A stretch of DNA of 64,000 bases from Mustelus asterias (taxonomy: Eukaryota), in the NCBI RefSeq assembly GCF_964213995.1, contig NC_135810.1, forward strand, positions 101,928,001 through 101,992,000, given 5' to 3'. Position 1 is the stretch's first letter, and the number at the start of each line of letters is the position of its first letter. Position numbers and translations under genes: made by a program. Below the pieces are notes generated by a model. The model was not told where the DNA came from, did no database searches, and worked only from the letters and a program-made list of their open reading frames with translations. Shown here one piece after another: positions 49,265 through 61,922 of the stretch.

Positions 49265-49730
49265 GCCTGGGTTCGATTCTCGGCTTGGGTCACTGTTTGT
49301 GTGGGGTTCGCACATTCTTCCCATGTCTGTGTGGGTTTCCTCTGGGTGCTCCAATTTCCTCCCACGCTCCAAAGATGTGTGGGTTAAGTGGATTGGCCAT
49401 GCTAAATTGCCTCTTGGTGTCAGGGGGACTAGCTAGGATAAATGCATGGGATTATGGGGGTAGGGCCTGGGTGGGATTGTGGTCGGTGCAGACTCGATGG
49501 ACCAAATGGCTTCCTTCTGCACTGTAGGATTCTATGATTTTATTCTATAGAATCCCTACAGTGCAGAGGGCGACCATTCGGCCCATAGAGTCTGCACTGA
49601 CAACAATCCCACCCAGGTCCTATTCTTATACCCCATGTAATCCCCCGACAGTAAGGGGCGATCCCACCTCGACCTGTTCCCCGTAACCCCATACATTTAC
49701 CATGGTTAATCCATCTAACCTACACATTCT
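49265..49730. mobile_element. Two HE1 SINEs tail-to-tail (+ 49265-49540; - 49545-49730)
   Basis: ...gcactgtaggattctatg is followed directly by tagaatccctacagtgc... Confidence 0.85.
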
Positions 49731-50309
49731 GGGTTCTACAATTCTACTTGAATAAGCGATTGGTCACCCTTCCGAATTAGGTCACTGTAAAATTCTTTGA
49801 GACATTATTCTCCATTCGGTGTGTGGTATAAATGCAACGCTGCTGAAAGGAAGAAAGGCTCCAATTAGTCCTCTTGTCAAGAGATGCTAGTTAGGATGCA
49901 CCCACCTGATTTTCCCTCGCCCCTGTGAGGCTAAACAGAAGCCAGGCTGACCTTCAAGAGTCCCTGAAAATGGGAATATGCAGTTCTGTCAAATCACATT
50001 AGAGATAAAACCTCAGGTTCACTGCATTTTCTGTTAGCATTGCTGTTGGATAGAAACAATGCTGAGTGCAATGTGTTGCTCCTTAAGTCAGTCAAGACAG
50101 GGTTTCTATTTGCATATTTTGACAAAAATTCAAGGAACGATATTGTTTCTCAATCACTCATTCAGCTGCTTGCCATTTTGTAAATATTATGCTGGAAACA
50201 GGACATGTACCAGAGAAACTGATAATTCTAAAATATTAGTATCAGATGATGTGCCATGAATGAGAATGTGCCAATGACAAAATGATTTTATTCTAGGTGC
50301 CTTGTAGTT

Positions 50310-50447
50310 TTTTTTATTTGATTTATTATCGTCACATGTATTGGTGTACAGTGACAATTATTGCTTCTTGTGCACTATCCAGTCAATGCATACCATTCAT
50401 AGAGTACGTAGGGGAGAAGGAAAGGAGAGGGTGCAGGAGAGGGTGCA
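50310..50447 (-). mobile_element. Rex1 3' tail fragment
   Basis: atttgatttattatcgtcacatgtattgg...ggagagggtgcag. Confidence 0.75.
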
Positions 50448-50634
50448 GTCTTTGCATTTTACAGATATAACATTTTATTCAATAAATATAATACAGGATT
50501 TATTTACAGAAAAAAGCATATGAAAGCTTTAGGTATTTAGGTGTATTTCAATTTCCACCCCTCCATCACCTTCACAGGGCCTATCTCTGACATTTCCCTT
50601 CGCTTCCTTGGCCTCTCTGTCTTCATTTCTGGTG

Positions 50635-50742
50635 TGGAGGTGCCAGCGTTGGACTGGGGTAAACACCGTAAGAAGTCTCACAGCACCAGTTTAAAGTCCA
50701 ACAGGTTGGACCTACTTTAACCTGGTGTTGTGAGACTTACTC
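50635..50742. mobile_element. Penelope family A fold-back mini-insertion inside the family B RT
   Basis: Flanked by duplicated catttctggtg; arms tctcacagcaccag / ctggtgttgtgaga. Confidence 0.8.
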
Positions 50743-51441
50743 CATTTCTGGTGACAGACTGACCACCAACATTCATCACAAATCCACCAAATCCCACAGC
50801 TACCTCGACTACAGCTCCTCACACTCCGCTTCCTGCAAGGGCTCCATCCCATTCTCCCAGTTTCGCTGTCTCCGTTGCATCTGTTATGATGATGCCACCT
50901 TTGAAAATGGCACTTCAGACATGTCTGTCCTTTTCCTGGACTAACATTCCCTCCCAATGTGGATGACAGGGCTCTCAACCGTGTCCAACCCACCACCCGC
51001 AGCTCTGCCCTCGCTCCTTCCCCTCTCTCCAAGAATCAGAGGTAGGGTTTCTCTTGTCGTCACGTTTCACCCCACCAGCCTCCACGTTCAAGGGATCATC
51101 CTCTGCTATTTCCGCCAACTCCAGCATGATGCCACTATGCAGCACACCTTCCCCTTATTCCCCTGTCAGCATTGTGCAGGAATGACTCCCTCGGTGGCGG
51201 CCTGGTCCATTCCTCCATCGCCCCCAACTCTTCCTTCATCCCCTTCCCATGACACCTGCCCCTGCAAATGCAGAAGATGCAAAACACCTACCCCCTTACC
51301 TCCTCCTTTCTCACTGCCCAAATTCCCAAACACCCCTTTCAGGTGAAGCAGTGTTTCAGTTGCACCACCTTCAATTTGGCCTATTGTATTCGCTGCTCCT
51401 AATGCCGTCTCTTCTGCACTGCACTGGGGAGACTAAACACA

Positions 51442-51580
51442 ATGTGGAGATACCGGCGTTGGACTGGGGTAAACACAGTAAGTAGTCTCACAACACCAGG
51501 TTAAAGTCCAACAGGTTTATTTGGTAGCAAACGCCACTAGCTTTCGGAGCGCTGCTCCTTCGTCAGATGGAGTGGAAATC
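51442..51580 (-). mobile_element. Penelope family A fragment inside the family B GIY-YIG, with intact hammerhead core
   Basis: Flanked by duplicated actaaacaca; minus strand reads CUGACGA-aGGAGC-agc-GCUCC-GAAA-GCUAG. Confidence 0.8.
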
Positions 51581-53354
51581 TCTAACACTAAACACAGACA
51601 GGGTGACCGCTTTGTATAATACCTTCACTCAGTCTGCAAGCATGACCCCAATCTTTCCGTCACTTGTCATTAAACTGGCATTCCTGCTCTCATGCCCACA
51701 TGCCCATCCTTGGCCTGCTGCAATGTTCCAATTCAGCCCAAGGCAAACTGAAGGATCAACATCTCATCTTATGATTAGGCACATTACAGCCTTCTGGATT
51801 CAACATTGAGTTCAACAACTTTAGACAGTGAATTTTCTCCTCCACCCTTGACCCCTTTTGTTTTTCTTTTATTTCTCCCAATGACCTGGGTTGTCCCATT
51901 GACACATTCTGCCATCTTACCTTTCTGCCACAATCAGCACCTTCTTTAATCATTAATGCTGCCGTTAACACTCGCTTTGTTTTGTGTCCATGTCAATCTC
52001 TCCTTACCTATAGCTCCCACCTATCCCTGATTTTCTATTCTGCTCCACCTTCTCCACCACCCCCCGCCCCCAACTACATAATCCAGTGCATTATCCATCC
52101 CTCTTCAGCTCTGTAGAACAGTCATGTGGACTCGAAAAGTTAATTCCGTTTCCCTCTCGACAGATGCTGCCAGGCCTGCTGAGTTTATCCAGCGCTTCCT
52201 GTTTTCATTTCAGATTTCCAGCATCCGCAGCATTTTGCTTTTACTTTAGCATTTGGGGGTATCCTGATTAGATTTTGTCGACCAGGTTTTCACCCCTTTC
52301 CTTTCAAGCCTCGGTCTTTATGGGAACTGGTACTGCTTCAGTACTCTGCCCCGCATGGTTACTGTGAAATGGAAAAGAAACACTTGGTCCATTTCCACAA
52401 TTCTAATGATATATATTTCTCCGACTAGCCTTTCGAACCCACACGCACTGCGTGTGAACCTATTCGCTATAAATCTCTGGCATGCTACATGATTTTCCTA
52501 ATACAGTAAGTTCTATGCACAGAGAAACTTAAGGTGAAGTGGAACATCACTCTGTAATGTAAACAGCAGCACAGTCTGTCTTCATGCCACTTCAAATATT
52601 TATGTCAGAGCAGCACTCATCGACCTAAGCAAATACTATGATGGCAGTTATTGAGTATCTCCTCACAGTTCTGAAATGGTATGGTGCTAGGACGATGGAG
52701 CATAGTGAAGGTTGCCCTATGTTTGGTTACATGGCAAACCTCTCAGCGCCGGCTGCGACAGAAAAGCAAATCAGTCAAAAGCAGGTATCTAACTGACAGA
52801 AATTGTTGTCTCGTTTTTCCCCCAACTGAGAATATTCCATGGTACAGCACGTGGGTTTCCACAGGGCTTCGACTGAGTCTAAAAGAATTATCACTCGCGG
52901 GACTTCTGCCTCGGTGGGAGAATTGAAGAACAACATTGCCAAGTGCTCCCCTGCTGTTGTTACACCACTGAAGGGCAACCTGAGGCACTATTGCTCTAAC
53001 GTAAAGATGTGACAGACTTGAGAGCAGAAGTTAAACCATCTTACATTTGTGGATGCAATTTGAAGTTAAAAAAGCTGGCACACCCAACAGTGAAGCCCCA
53101 GGGACCCACACCAAAATTAGATCAACATGTGCACTTAATAATAAAACATAATATTGACGCACAACCACACAACGCTTCTTGGACACAGGGCAGCAAATAG
53201 TAAGAGTTGTAGTAAAGGCCCTTCTGGACCAGGAGGAGCATCAGAGATGTTCCAGGCCCCTCAGGCTTAGGCCTGACCTCCCCAGTCACAAATCCATAAC
53301 CTGAGTGTTCTGAACCGATCCTTCTGTCACCCGACTTTGTATTTCCAGTTTAAG

Positions 53355-53672
53355 TCTTATTTATTAGTTTATTTATTAGTGTCGCAAGTAGGCTTACGTT
53401 AACACTGCAATGAAGTTACTGTGAAAATCCCCTAGTCATCAAACTCTACGGCGCCTGTTCGGGTACACTGAGGGAGAATTTAGCACGGCCATTGCACCTA
53501 ACCAGCACGTCTTTCGGACGGTGGGAGGAAACCGGAGCACCCGGAGGAAACCCACGCAGACACGGAGAGGAGGTGCAGACTCCGCACAGACAGTGACCCG
53601 AGCCGGGAATCGAACCTGGGCCCCTGGCGCTGTGAAGCAGCAGTGCTAGCCACTGTGTCACCGAGCCGCCCA
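53355..53672 (-). mobile_element. V-SINE type B, full length
   Basis: Reverse complement of head, V-domain and type B tail. Confidence 0.92.
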
Positions 53673-54125
53673 TGAGCTATGTGTGAGAAGCTGACTTTGA
53701 GGCATTCAGATGAGGCTTGGGAGCTAAAGTTTGACCATTCAGAAAAAAATCCTACTCAAACCAACACAGTGCTAATGGTGAAGATACTTTGCAATTATTT
53801 CACTTCACTGGAGTAGTATAGGATGCTTTCCTATGTTAATGAAGTGATATAAATGCAAGTTGTTGTTGACAACATGAATTTTAATGATAGAACTCCTTGT
53901 CGGTCCTTGACCTTAGTAATCTCTTGAGAACAAATTAGCTTAATCTTTACACCCACATTACTCCCCGCATAAGCGGAACATTACCGAGAAACTGGAATAT
54001 ATTGATGTATTAGAGGAATGTATGAATGAGGAGTAAGTTACTCAGCCCTTCGAACCTGATCCACCGTTCAATAAGATCATGGCTGATCTGATTTTGACCT
54101 TAGCGTCACATTCCTGCCTATCCAG

Positions 54126-54441
54126 TACGGTGGCACTGTGGTTAGCACTGCTGCCTCACAGCGCCAGGGAGCCAGGCTCAATTCCGGCCTCGGGTCACTG
54201 TCTGTGTGGAGTTTGCACATTCTTCCCGTGTCTGCGTGGATTTCCTCCGGGTGCTCCGGTTTCCTCCCACAGTCCAAAGACGTGCGGGTTAGGTTGATTG
54301 ACCATATTAAATTGATCCCAGTGTCGGGGGATTAGCAGGGTAAATATGTGGGGTTTCGGGAATGGAACCCGAGTGGGATTGTGGTCGGTGCAGGCTCGAT
54401 GGGCCAAATGGCCTCCTTCTGCACTGTAAGGATTCTATGAA
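54126..54441 (+). mobile_element. HE1-type V-SINE (tail A)
   Basis: Head, V-domain and tail. Confidence 0.92.
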
Positions 54442-55319
54442 TCCCCAATAACCATTCACCCCCTCGCGTATCAAGAATCTATCTAGCTCTGTCTTAAAGG
54501 TATTCAAAGACTGCATCAGCGACTTTTGAGGAAGAGAATTCAAAAGTCTCACAGCCCTCAGAGAAAAGACTTTTCCCTCATCTCTGTCTAAATTGGGCAA
54601 CCCCTTATCTTGAAACAATGCACCCGAGTTCTAGGTTCTCCCACAAGAGGAAACACCTTCTCCACAATCACCCTGTCAAGACTCTCAGGGTTTTATATGT
54701 TTCAATCAAGTTGCCTCTCAATCTTCTATTACCTTTGCAGTCCTGCTTCTTCCTCATACTGACTGTGCAGAACCAACATCAGTAGTACCTACATGGACCA
54801 TGGCAACTGGATCCTGCCCCTCCCACGGCAAGTTCCTCTTCAGCATTGAGCAGATGTCCTGAACCCTGGCACCAGGCAGGCAACACAACCGTCTGGACTC
54901 TCATTCTTTGATTGACAGTGTCAATCCCCCTCACAATACTGTCCCCTACTGTCAAAATGTCCCTGTTTGCTACTCCCCCCCTCTTGAATTATTTCCTGTA
55001 CTATGGTGCCATGACCAACCTGCTCCTCCACCCTGCAGACCTTGTTTCCGTCCACACAGTTTGTGAGCACCTCAAACCTGCAAAGTTGGAGTCTCCTCCA
55101 CTACTGTCTGCTCTGTCCCTTTACTGGCCTCACTCACGGTCACATCCTCCTGTCCCAGGCAGCTGAACAAAACAGATGGCTCTACCTCAAGAGATGTGAC
55201 TGTCTTCTGAAAGAAAATGTCCAGGTATGTTACGTGGGGTCTGCAGTTTGGCTTACAGATCAATAATCCTGATCTGGAATTCCTCTAGCTGCTTTTACTG
55301 AGCAGCTAGGAGAATTCTA

Positions 55320-55572
55320 GCCTCATAGTGCCAAGGACCTGGATTCCATTCCTGGCTTGGGTCACTGTCTGTGCGGAGTGACCACCGTGTCTGCGTGGGT
55401 TTCCTCCGGGTGCTCTGGTTTCCTCCCAACGTCCGAAAGACTGGTTAGGTGCATTGGCCGTGCTAAATTCTCCCTCAGTGTACCCAAACAGGAGTGTGAC
55501 GACTAGGGGGTTTTCACAGTAACTTCATTGCAGTGTTAATGTAAGCCTACTTTTGACACACATAAATAAACT
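55320..55572 (+). mobile_element. V-SINE type B
   Basis: V-domain and type B tail. Confidence 0.88.
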
Positions 55573-56449
55573 TACTTCCTGCAGGTGGTGTCCTGGATCG
55601 CCTTGGCATCCAAAAGTGCCCACATTTCACGGAAATGTGAGCATATACCTGCTCACTACCCTGCCATTGTTACTCACGTTATTTACTTTCTTGATTAACT
55701 TAGAATAATTCCTGTGGATACTACAGTTTACTATGCTTATTAAATGCTAGTACTGCCTTAATCTAAAAGTTCTATGCTCCTTAATTAATGTATTTTAGTT
55801 TTTTTTTATTTTAAAGCTTTGTTTATTTTAAAGTTTTTGTTTTTTTATTTATGGACCGGCTTTAACTCTGGTGTCTTAACCTGGCTGCATGTTATCCCTT
55901 ACATCAAGCATTTGTATTCTTGTAAGCACCATGCAATCAAAATGTACAACAGCTTCATAAAATATACGTGTGCATGTAAATTCATAGAAATTCGATATAA
56001 AATACAGAGAAAGAAACATCTGTACGAATTAAGGCAAGGAACAATTCTAACCAGTAAAGGCGATTGGAAGGCATTCGAAATTGACAGAAGTATTCTGTTG
56101 TTTTAATTAGAATGTCGATGAGATATAAGGTGGAATTTGTGACCAGCAGCTGTGTTGGGAGCAGTGATATAGATAAACATACAAACACACAAAGGCACTT
56201 TCAAATTGAGAAAATGCTATTGAATGCCTTCACTCAGTACCAAGATTGGAAGATCTTCACCTTTTGTATCTCCTGCTAGCTGCCACCAGCCTCTATCCCC
56301 TTTTTGATGGCAACATTATCTGATGGGACAGATAGCACCACTGACTATAAACAAGGAGAGCATCTCACATAGATTGCACTCCTCCCTTTCAGCACCACCC
56401 TTTCGGGATTGCATAGTAAAGGCATAGTGTCACTTAAAAAAAAATTATT

Positions 56450-57780
56450 GATGAGATGTGGCCACTGTCACGAGACCAGTTTTTGTTGCCCATCCCTAAC
56501 TGCTCTTCAGAAGGTGATGGTGAGCTCCCTTCTTGAATAATTCCAGTCCATATCGTGTAGGCACACCCTCAGTGCTGTTCAGCAGGCAGTCCCAACAACA
56601 GTGAAAGAGCGGCAATGTAGTTCCAAGTTAGGATGGTGTGCGACTTGAGAGGGGAATTGCGGGTGGTGTTTCCATGTGCCTGGTGCTTTTGTTCTTCTGG
56701 GTGGTACAGGTCAAGGGTTTAGAAGGCACTGCCAAAGCAGTCTCGGAAATTTGCAAGTGCAACCTGTAGATGGTGCACACTACCACCATGGTACGCCGCG
56801 GCGATGAAGGTGGTGGATCTAGCTGCCGTTTCTTCCTGGATGGTGTCAAGTGTTGTTGGAGCTGAACAATCCAGCAAGTGGGCAGTATTCCATCATAGTC
56901 CTGATTTATGCTTTGCAAATGGTGGACAGGCTTTAGAGAATCAGGTGATGATAATGCCATTGAATGTCACAGAAGATGGTATAAATTTCCCTTGATGGAG
57001 ATGGTCATTATCTGGTACTTGTGTCACTTTCCACTTATCAACTCAAGCCTAAATGTTGTCCATGTCTTGCTGCATATGGGCATGGACTGTTTAATTACCC
57101 GAGGAGCTGTGAATGGAACAGAACGTGGCAATCATCAGCAAACATCCCTATTTCAGGCCTTCTGACTGAAGGAGGGTCGTAGATGAAGGTAAATGCTCCT
57201 GAGACACTGCCCTGAGGAAGTTTATAGCCATGTTCTGAGGCTGAGATGATTGGCCTCCAACAACAGCAACCATCTTCCTTTGTGCTAGGCATGACAACAA
57301 TCTTTGGAGTGTTTTCCCCTTATTCCCATTGACTACCGTGTTACCTGATACTACACACTGTCAAATGCTGCCTTGATGTTGAGGGCAGTCACTCTCACCT
57401 CACCACGAGAATTCAGCTCTTTTCTCCATGATTGGATCTAGGCTGTAACCTAGTCTGGAACTGAGTGGTCCTAGTAGAACCCCAAATAAATGCATCGGTG
57501 AGCGGGTCATTATTGAATTGTGATAGCATTATCGATGGCACCCTCCAGTACTTTGCTGATGATTTGAGTAGAGCGATGGGCTGGTAATTGACTGGATCGA
57601 ATTTGTCCTGCTTTTTGTGGCTCGGACAAACCTGGGCAATTTGCTCCATTGTTGTATGGAGACCAGTGTTGTAGCCGTATTGGAACAGCTTGGCGAGTTC
57701 CGGAGCACAAGCCTTCAGTACTGCAGCTGGGATGTTGTCAGAACCCATAGCCTGTGTACTCGTCTGTTTCCTGATACCAC
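56450..57780 (-). mobile_element. CR1-group LINE (second family): decayed RT + 3' end
   Basis: GSDNIPAAVLKACAPELAKLFQY...KKQDKFDPVNYQPIALL; LPQGS; MFADD. Confidence 0.9.
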
Positions 57781-58054
57781 ATGAAGTGAATCTAAGAGTA
57801 TATGCAAAGAGCTAATAATAGATTTGCAATAGGAGCCAGGATAAAATAGTGCCAGCTGTAAATAAACCTGGCCAATAACCCATCGTATGAAAACGCCACT
57901 TCAGCCATGTAATTTTGGTGTTTAATATTCACTCCCCGACATCTATTATTTTGTCTTTTATATACAACCTGGGATTGAAAACAATAATCTTAACACTTCT
58001 GGAAAATCCAGGATTTCTCAAATCTAAAGACGTGAGCATATAATCTAGGATATT

Positions 58055-58200
58055 TCAGTGCCGCACTGTCAGAGGTACCATCTTTTGGATGGCATGATGA
58101 TCTGAAACCTCATCTGTTCTCTCGGTTGTAATAGATCCCATGACGCTACTTGAAGAGCATTGGGGTTCATCTGGTCCCAATTCATTTCTCAACCCAACAT
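58055..58200 (+). mobile_element. Deu-domain SINE fragment (AmnSINE1/SacSINE1-like)
   Basis: gtgccgcactgtcagaggtaccatcttttggatg...agatcccatgacgctacttgaagagca resembles the Deu domain as recalled. Confidence 0.55.
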
Positions 58201-58224
58201 CCAAAACACACCACCCACTCACCA

Positions 58225-58675
58225 ACACACTTGGTATGGCTCCTGCTCTGACCAAGGCCCGCAAGAAACTAGAAAGGGTTGTGAACGAACCCCAGTCCAT
58301 CACGCAAACCAGCCTCCCATCATCCATTGACTCTATCTACACTTCCCGTTGCCTCGGGAAAGCAGCCAGTACAATCAAGGATCCCTCGCACCTTGGGCAT
58401 ACTCTCTTCTACTTTCTTCTGTCGGGAAAAAGATACACAAGTGGGAAATCACGTACCAACTGACTCAAGAACAGTTCCCTGCTGCCACCAGACTTTTGAA
58501 CCGACCTAGCTTATATTAAGTTGATCTTTCTCTACACCCTAACTATGACTGTAAAACTACATTCTGCACCCTCTCCTTCTGTTCTCTATGAATGGTATGC
58601 TTTGTCTGCAAACGTGCAAGAAACAATACTTTTCACTGTATCCCAACACATGTGACACTAATAAACCAAATCAAA
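58225..58675 (+). mobile_element. Rex1/Babar LINE 3' end
   Basis: RKKLERVVNEPQSITQTSLPSSIDSIYTSRCLGKAASTIKDP; tail present. Confidence 0.88.
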
Positions 58676-58684
58676 CATTTGACT

Positions 58685-58993
58685 CATAGAATCCCTACAG
58701 CACAGAAGGAGGCCATTTGGCCCATCAAGTCTGTACCAACCACATCCCACCCCGGCCCTATTCCCATAACCCCACACATTTACCCTACTAATCCCCCGAC
58801 ACTAGGGTCAATGTACCATGGCTAATCAACTTAACCCGCACATCTTTGGACTGTGGGAGGAAACCAGAGCACCCGGAGGAACCCGCGCAGACATGGGGAG
58901 AATGTGCAGACTCTGCACAAACAGTGACCCAAGGCCGGAATTGAACCTAGGTCCCTGGTGCTGTGAGGGAGCAGTGCTAACCACTGTGCCGCC
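58685..58993 (-). mobile_element. HE1-type V-SINE (tail A)
   Basis: Reverse complement of head, V-domain and tail. Confidence 0.9.
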
Positions 58994-59842
58994 TGACTCA
59001 TCACATCAACTGGAGGTATTTGCAAGAGCAACCAACTAAAAGGTTTTTGAGGCTGTTGGGATGCACCCTGGCATTATGATTGTATTCGGTGGAGCTACAA
59101 TCAGAAACGTCATAAGTATAAAAGTTATGGCAAAAAACTGAAGGCCGAGACATGAACAACAGTGTAGTTAGTCCAACATTTCAAACACCTGAATACATTT
59201 TACAGGATGCTATTAATGTCCAGCAGAAGTTGTAAGGAATGTGAAGGCCAGCTTTAGAAGCAACAGAACCTGCCTCATAACTGTACAGGACATTCGAGGA
59301 GCTAACTAAATTAGTGCATGAAGAATTCAAGATATTTGGGTTTTCAAAGACATTTGAAACTTTAAAAAAAAATAAGGTTAATGAGATTAATGGCAAATTC
59401 AAATTGGATTGCAAATTGGTTTTGCAATGGAAAGCACAATGTAGTCATAAAGGAACAGCTGACTGGGGTGTAATTGTAACTGTTGGAATTCTTGCATACG
59501 TCACCGAGCTGCTGTGGTCATTGCATCGCAAATTCATTGATTTGATTTGAATGCAATGTCACTGCAAATAGGGTCAGACTGCTGTCAGTCTTACCACACA
59601 ATTGGTTAGATAATTTATAAGCATGCAGAGGATAGTTTTAATCGTGTTGCTCAGTGGGAACAGGCACGGCCACACCTATAGCCAGACAGCAGCACTGTTT
59701 TAGCCAAATACACTTTTAGCAAAAAACACCTTCCGAACAAAAAATGCACTTAACCTGTGAATATTTACTTAACATCTACGGCATTTCAATATTCACTAAA
59801 GTATAGCACTTAAAACAATTGAGAAGTACTTGTATGAGGAAG

Positions 59843-60310
59843 AGCTATGAGGGGAGGTTGGATAAACTCAGCTTGGTTTTAGCTATGAGGAGAGGTTGGA
59901 TAAATTCGGTTTGATCTCACCGGAACGACGGAGGTTGAGGGGGTGACCTGATAGAGGTTTACAAGATTATGAGTGACATGGACAGAGTGGATAGTCAGAT
60001 GCTCTTTCCTAGGGTAGGAAAGTCAAGTAATAGATTTAAGTGCGTAGGGAAAAGTTTAGAGGAGATGTGCGAGGCAAGTTTTTTTACACAGAGGGTGGTG
60101 AATGTCTGGAACGTGCTGCCCGGGGAGGTGGTGGGAGCAGGTACAATAGCGGCATTTAAGGGGCAACTAGACGAATACATGAATAGGATGGGAATGGAAG
60201 GATACGGACTCCATAAGTGCATGTGATTTTAGTTCAGGCAGACATCATGATCGGCGCAGGCTTGGAGGGCTGAAGGGCCTGTTCCTGTGCTGTACTGTTC
60301 TTTGTTCTGC
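59843..60310 (+). mobile_element. CR1 (HER1-like) 3' end with tandemly duplicated 5' junction
   Basis: SYEERLDKFGL..ERRRLRGDLIEVYKIM...FFTQRVVNVWNVLP; 38-bp period repeat at 59843/59881. Confidence 0.9.
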
Positions 60311-60568
60311 TTTTGTCTTAACAGTTTGCCAACAAACAATAACACGGTTTAAAGTATGCCGTGTGAAATGAGTATTGTGTATTACTCGTTCTTTGTTTGC
60401 AAATCAGAAATGCGATTAGCCACATCTGGATTCCCAATTACTGACATGTGGCGAGTGGTTAACATATTAGACACTATTCTGATATTATGAAATTTGCTGA
60501 TAACACTGAACTTGGAGGTCCTTGTGTTGTCCTTTATATTACATCGGCCTTGGCAAGTGTATAGATGG

Positions 60569-60772
60569 AGGGCAAGATTCTCTGGCTTCCCTTCAGTGTT
60601 CTACTTGGCAGTGGGAGATGGCACACCACACGCTGGCAGTGGGATCCTCTGGTCCCGTTGTTGCCAATGGGAATTCCTATTGAAGCTACTCCACGCCATC
60701 AGGAAGCCCGCCCTGGGGGTGTGCCACCGGTGGGACCAGGGAACACGAGCAGAAACTTTCAGGTGGTGGGCC
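60569..60772. mobile_element. Harbinger-like MITE
   Basis: gggcaagattctctgg start; interior ggtcccgttg..gccaatgggaattcc related to 17950-18070. Confidence 0.5.
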
Positions 60773-61749
60773 AGTGATACAGTTAACTATCTCACTAGAT
60801 TGAGGTAGCAAATGCAGAAAGCAAAGAAGATTATCAACATTTATTGAAAATAGTTAAACACAGGAATGCATCTCAAGACCATTCAGGTCAGGAAGAAGTT
60901 ATTTTCATCCCACATAAATGATTCAGTAGAACATTTAGAATAATGTGAGTGATTTGGGGTTTAATGATGCATTGGAACAGGAACAGCAGAACTCAAGAAT
61001 AAATAATAAAGCCAGGCTAATAGAACTCAACCTGTTCTGACTGAAACAACATTTGCTAATTCTTTAAAATGCTAATAGGCATAGAAGAACTATTTAATTT
61101 ACATTTATTAGAATTAGGAAACCAAACACACAAATGTGACAAACCTCAAGATGAGAGATTAGAAAGAAATTCTTCTGAACTGGGTGGACTCCCACCTAAA
61201 GTACTTAGCACGAATGCTTTAAAAGGTAGCTGGACAGATAGCTGGGTACCACGGGGACTTAACGTTTAGAAGGATAAATTCAGGCAGAGATGCTTAGACC
61301 ATCTTACAAAACTTAATCACTTCTGTGCCGTCAGATCCAATCAAATTTGAATAATGCGGTTTGTAATGCGAGATTGATACCCGGGATATTTTGTTCAGCC
61401 CCTTCCACAGTTGTGGAGCAAGTCTTCCAAGTGCTGATTCACCTTCCTTCGGAAATGTAGTTGGACAGAGTCCATGATGGTGTAAATTCCAAATTGTCTA
61501 TTTGAAAAAGCAGCCTGGGTTCCGACAACTTTATTTTATGCACAAAGGATTAGTCCATTGCAGAATTCAATTAAAATACCAAGGGTGTGAAATTGCTGAG
61601 ATTTCGCTCAACCATCGGAACTGTAGTGAGCTGGAACTTCTGCCCACTGACAGCTCAGGACATTGACTTTAGGAACAAGGTCAGGTTAGTTCTTGGGTGG
61701 GCAATCCATGACATTTTTTTAAAAGGTCAATTCATTATGGAGAAATCAA

Positions 61750-61870
61750 GGGTGGGATTTTCTGGCTGCGCTCGCCCCAAGGCCGGAAAATCCTGCCCGA
61801 GGTCAACCAATCTTTGTCTGGTCTGCCCCCCCACGATTCCTGTGGCAGGCAGGACGGGAAAATTCCACCC
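61750..61870. mobile_element. Short Harbinger-like MITE with 3-bp TSD
   Basis: TIRs gggtgggattttc / gaaaattccaccc, flanked by caa/caa. Confidence 0.8.
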
Positions 61871-61922
61871 CAAGTCTCTTTGGGATCGATTACTTTTACT
61901 CTCTAAAATGTCTGGAGCATTC

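Larger units (their letters stand above)
50548..52245 (+). mobile_element. Penelope-like (Neptune-type, family B) element: decayed RT C-terminus + GIY-YIG + terminal repeat
   Basis: NFHPSITFTGPISDISLRFLGLSVFISG/DRLTTNIHHKSTKSHSYLDYSSSHSASCKGSIPFSQF (RT thumb); FQVKQCFSCTTFNLAYCIRCS...TGETK (GIY-YIG); ends gcatccgcagcattttgctttt. Confidence 0.85.
54020..55670 (-). mobile_element. CR1 LINE with ORF1 remnants joined to the ORF2 3' end (internally deleted), interrupted by two SINEs
   Basis: Minus strand: ATG at 55665-55667, ...MWALLDAKAIQDTTCRK, QLEEFQIRIIDL, ESRRLCCLPGARVQDICSMLKRNLPWEGQDPVAMVHVGTTD (SGNH esterase); then near 54728 RRLRGNLIETYK and the CR1 tail. Confidence 0.75.
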
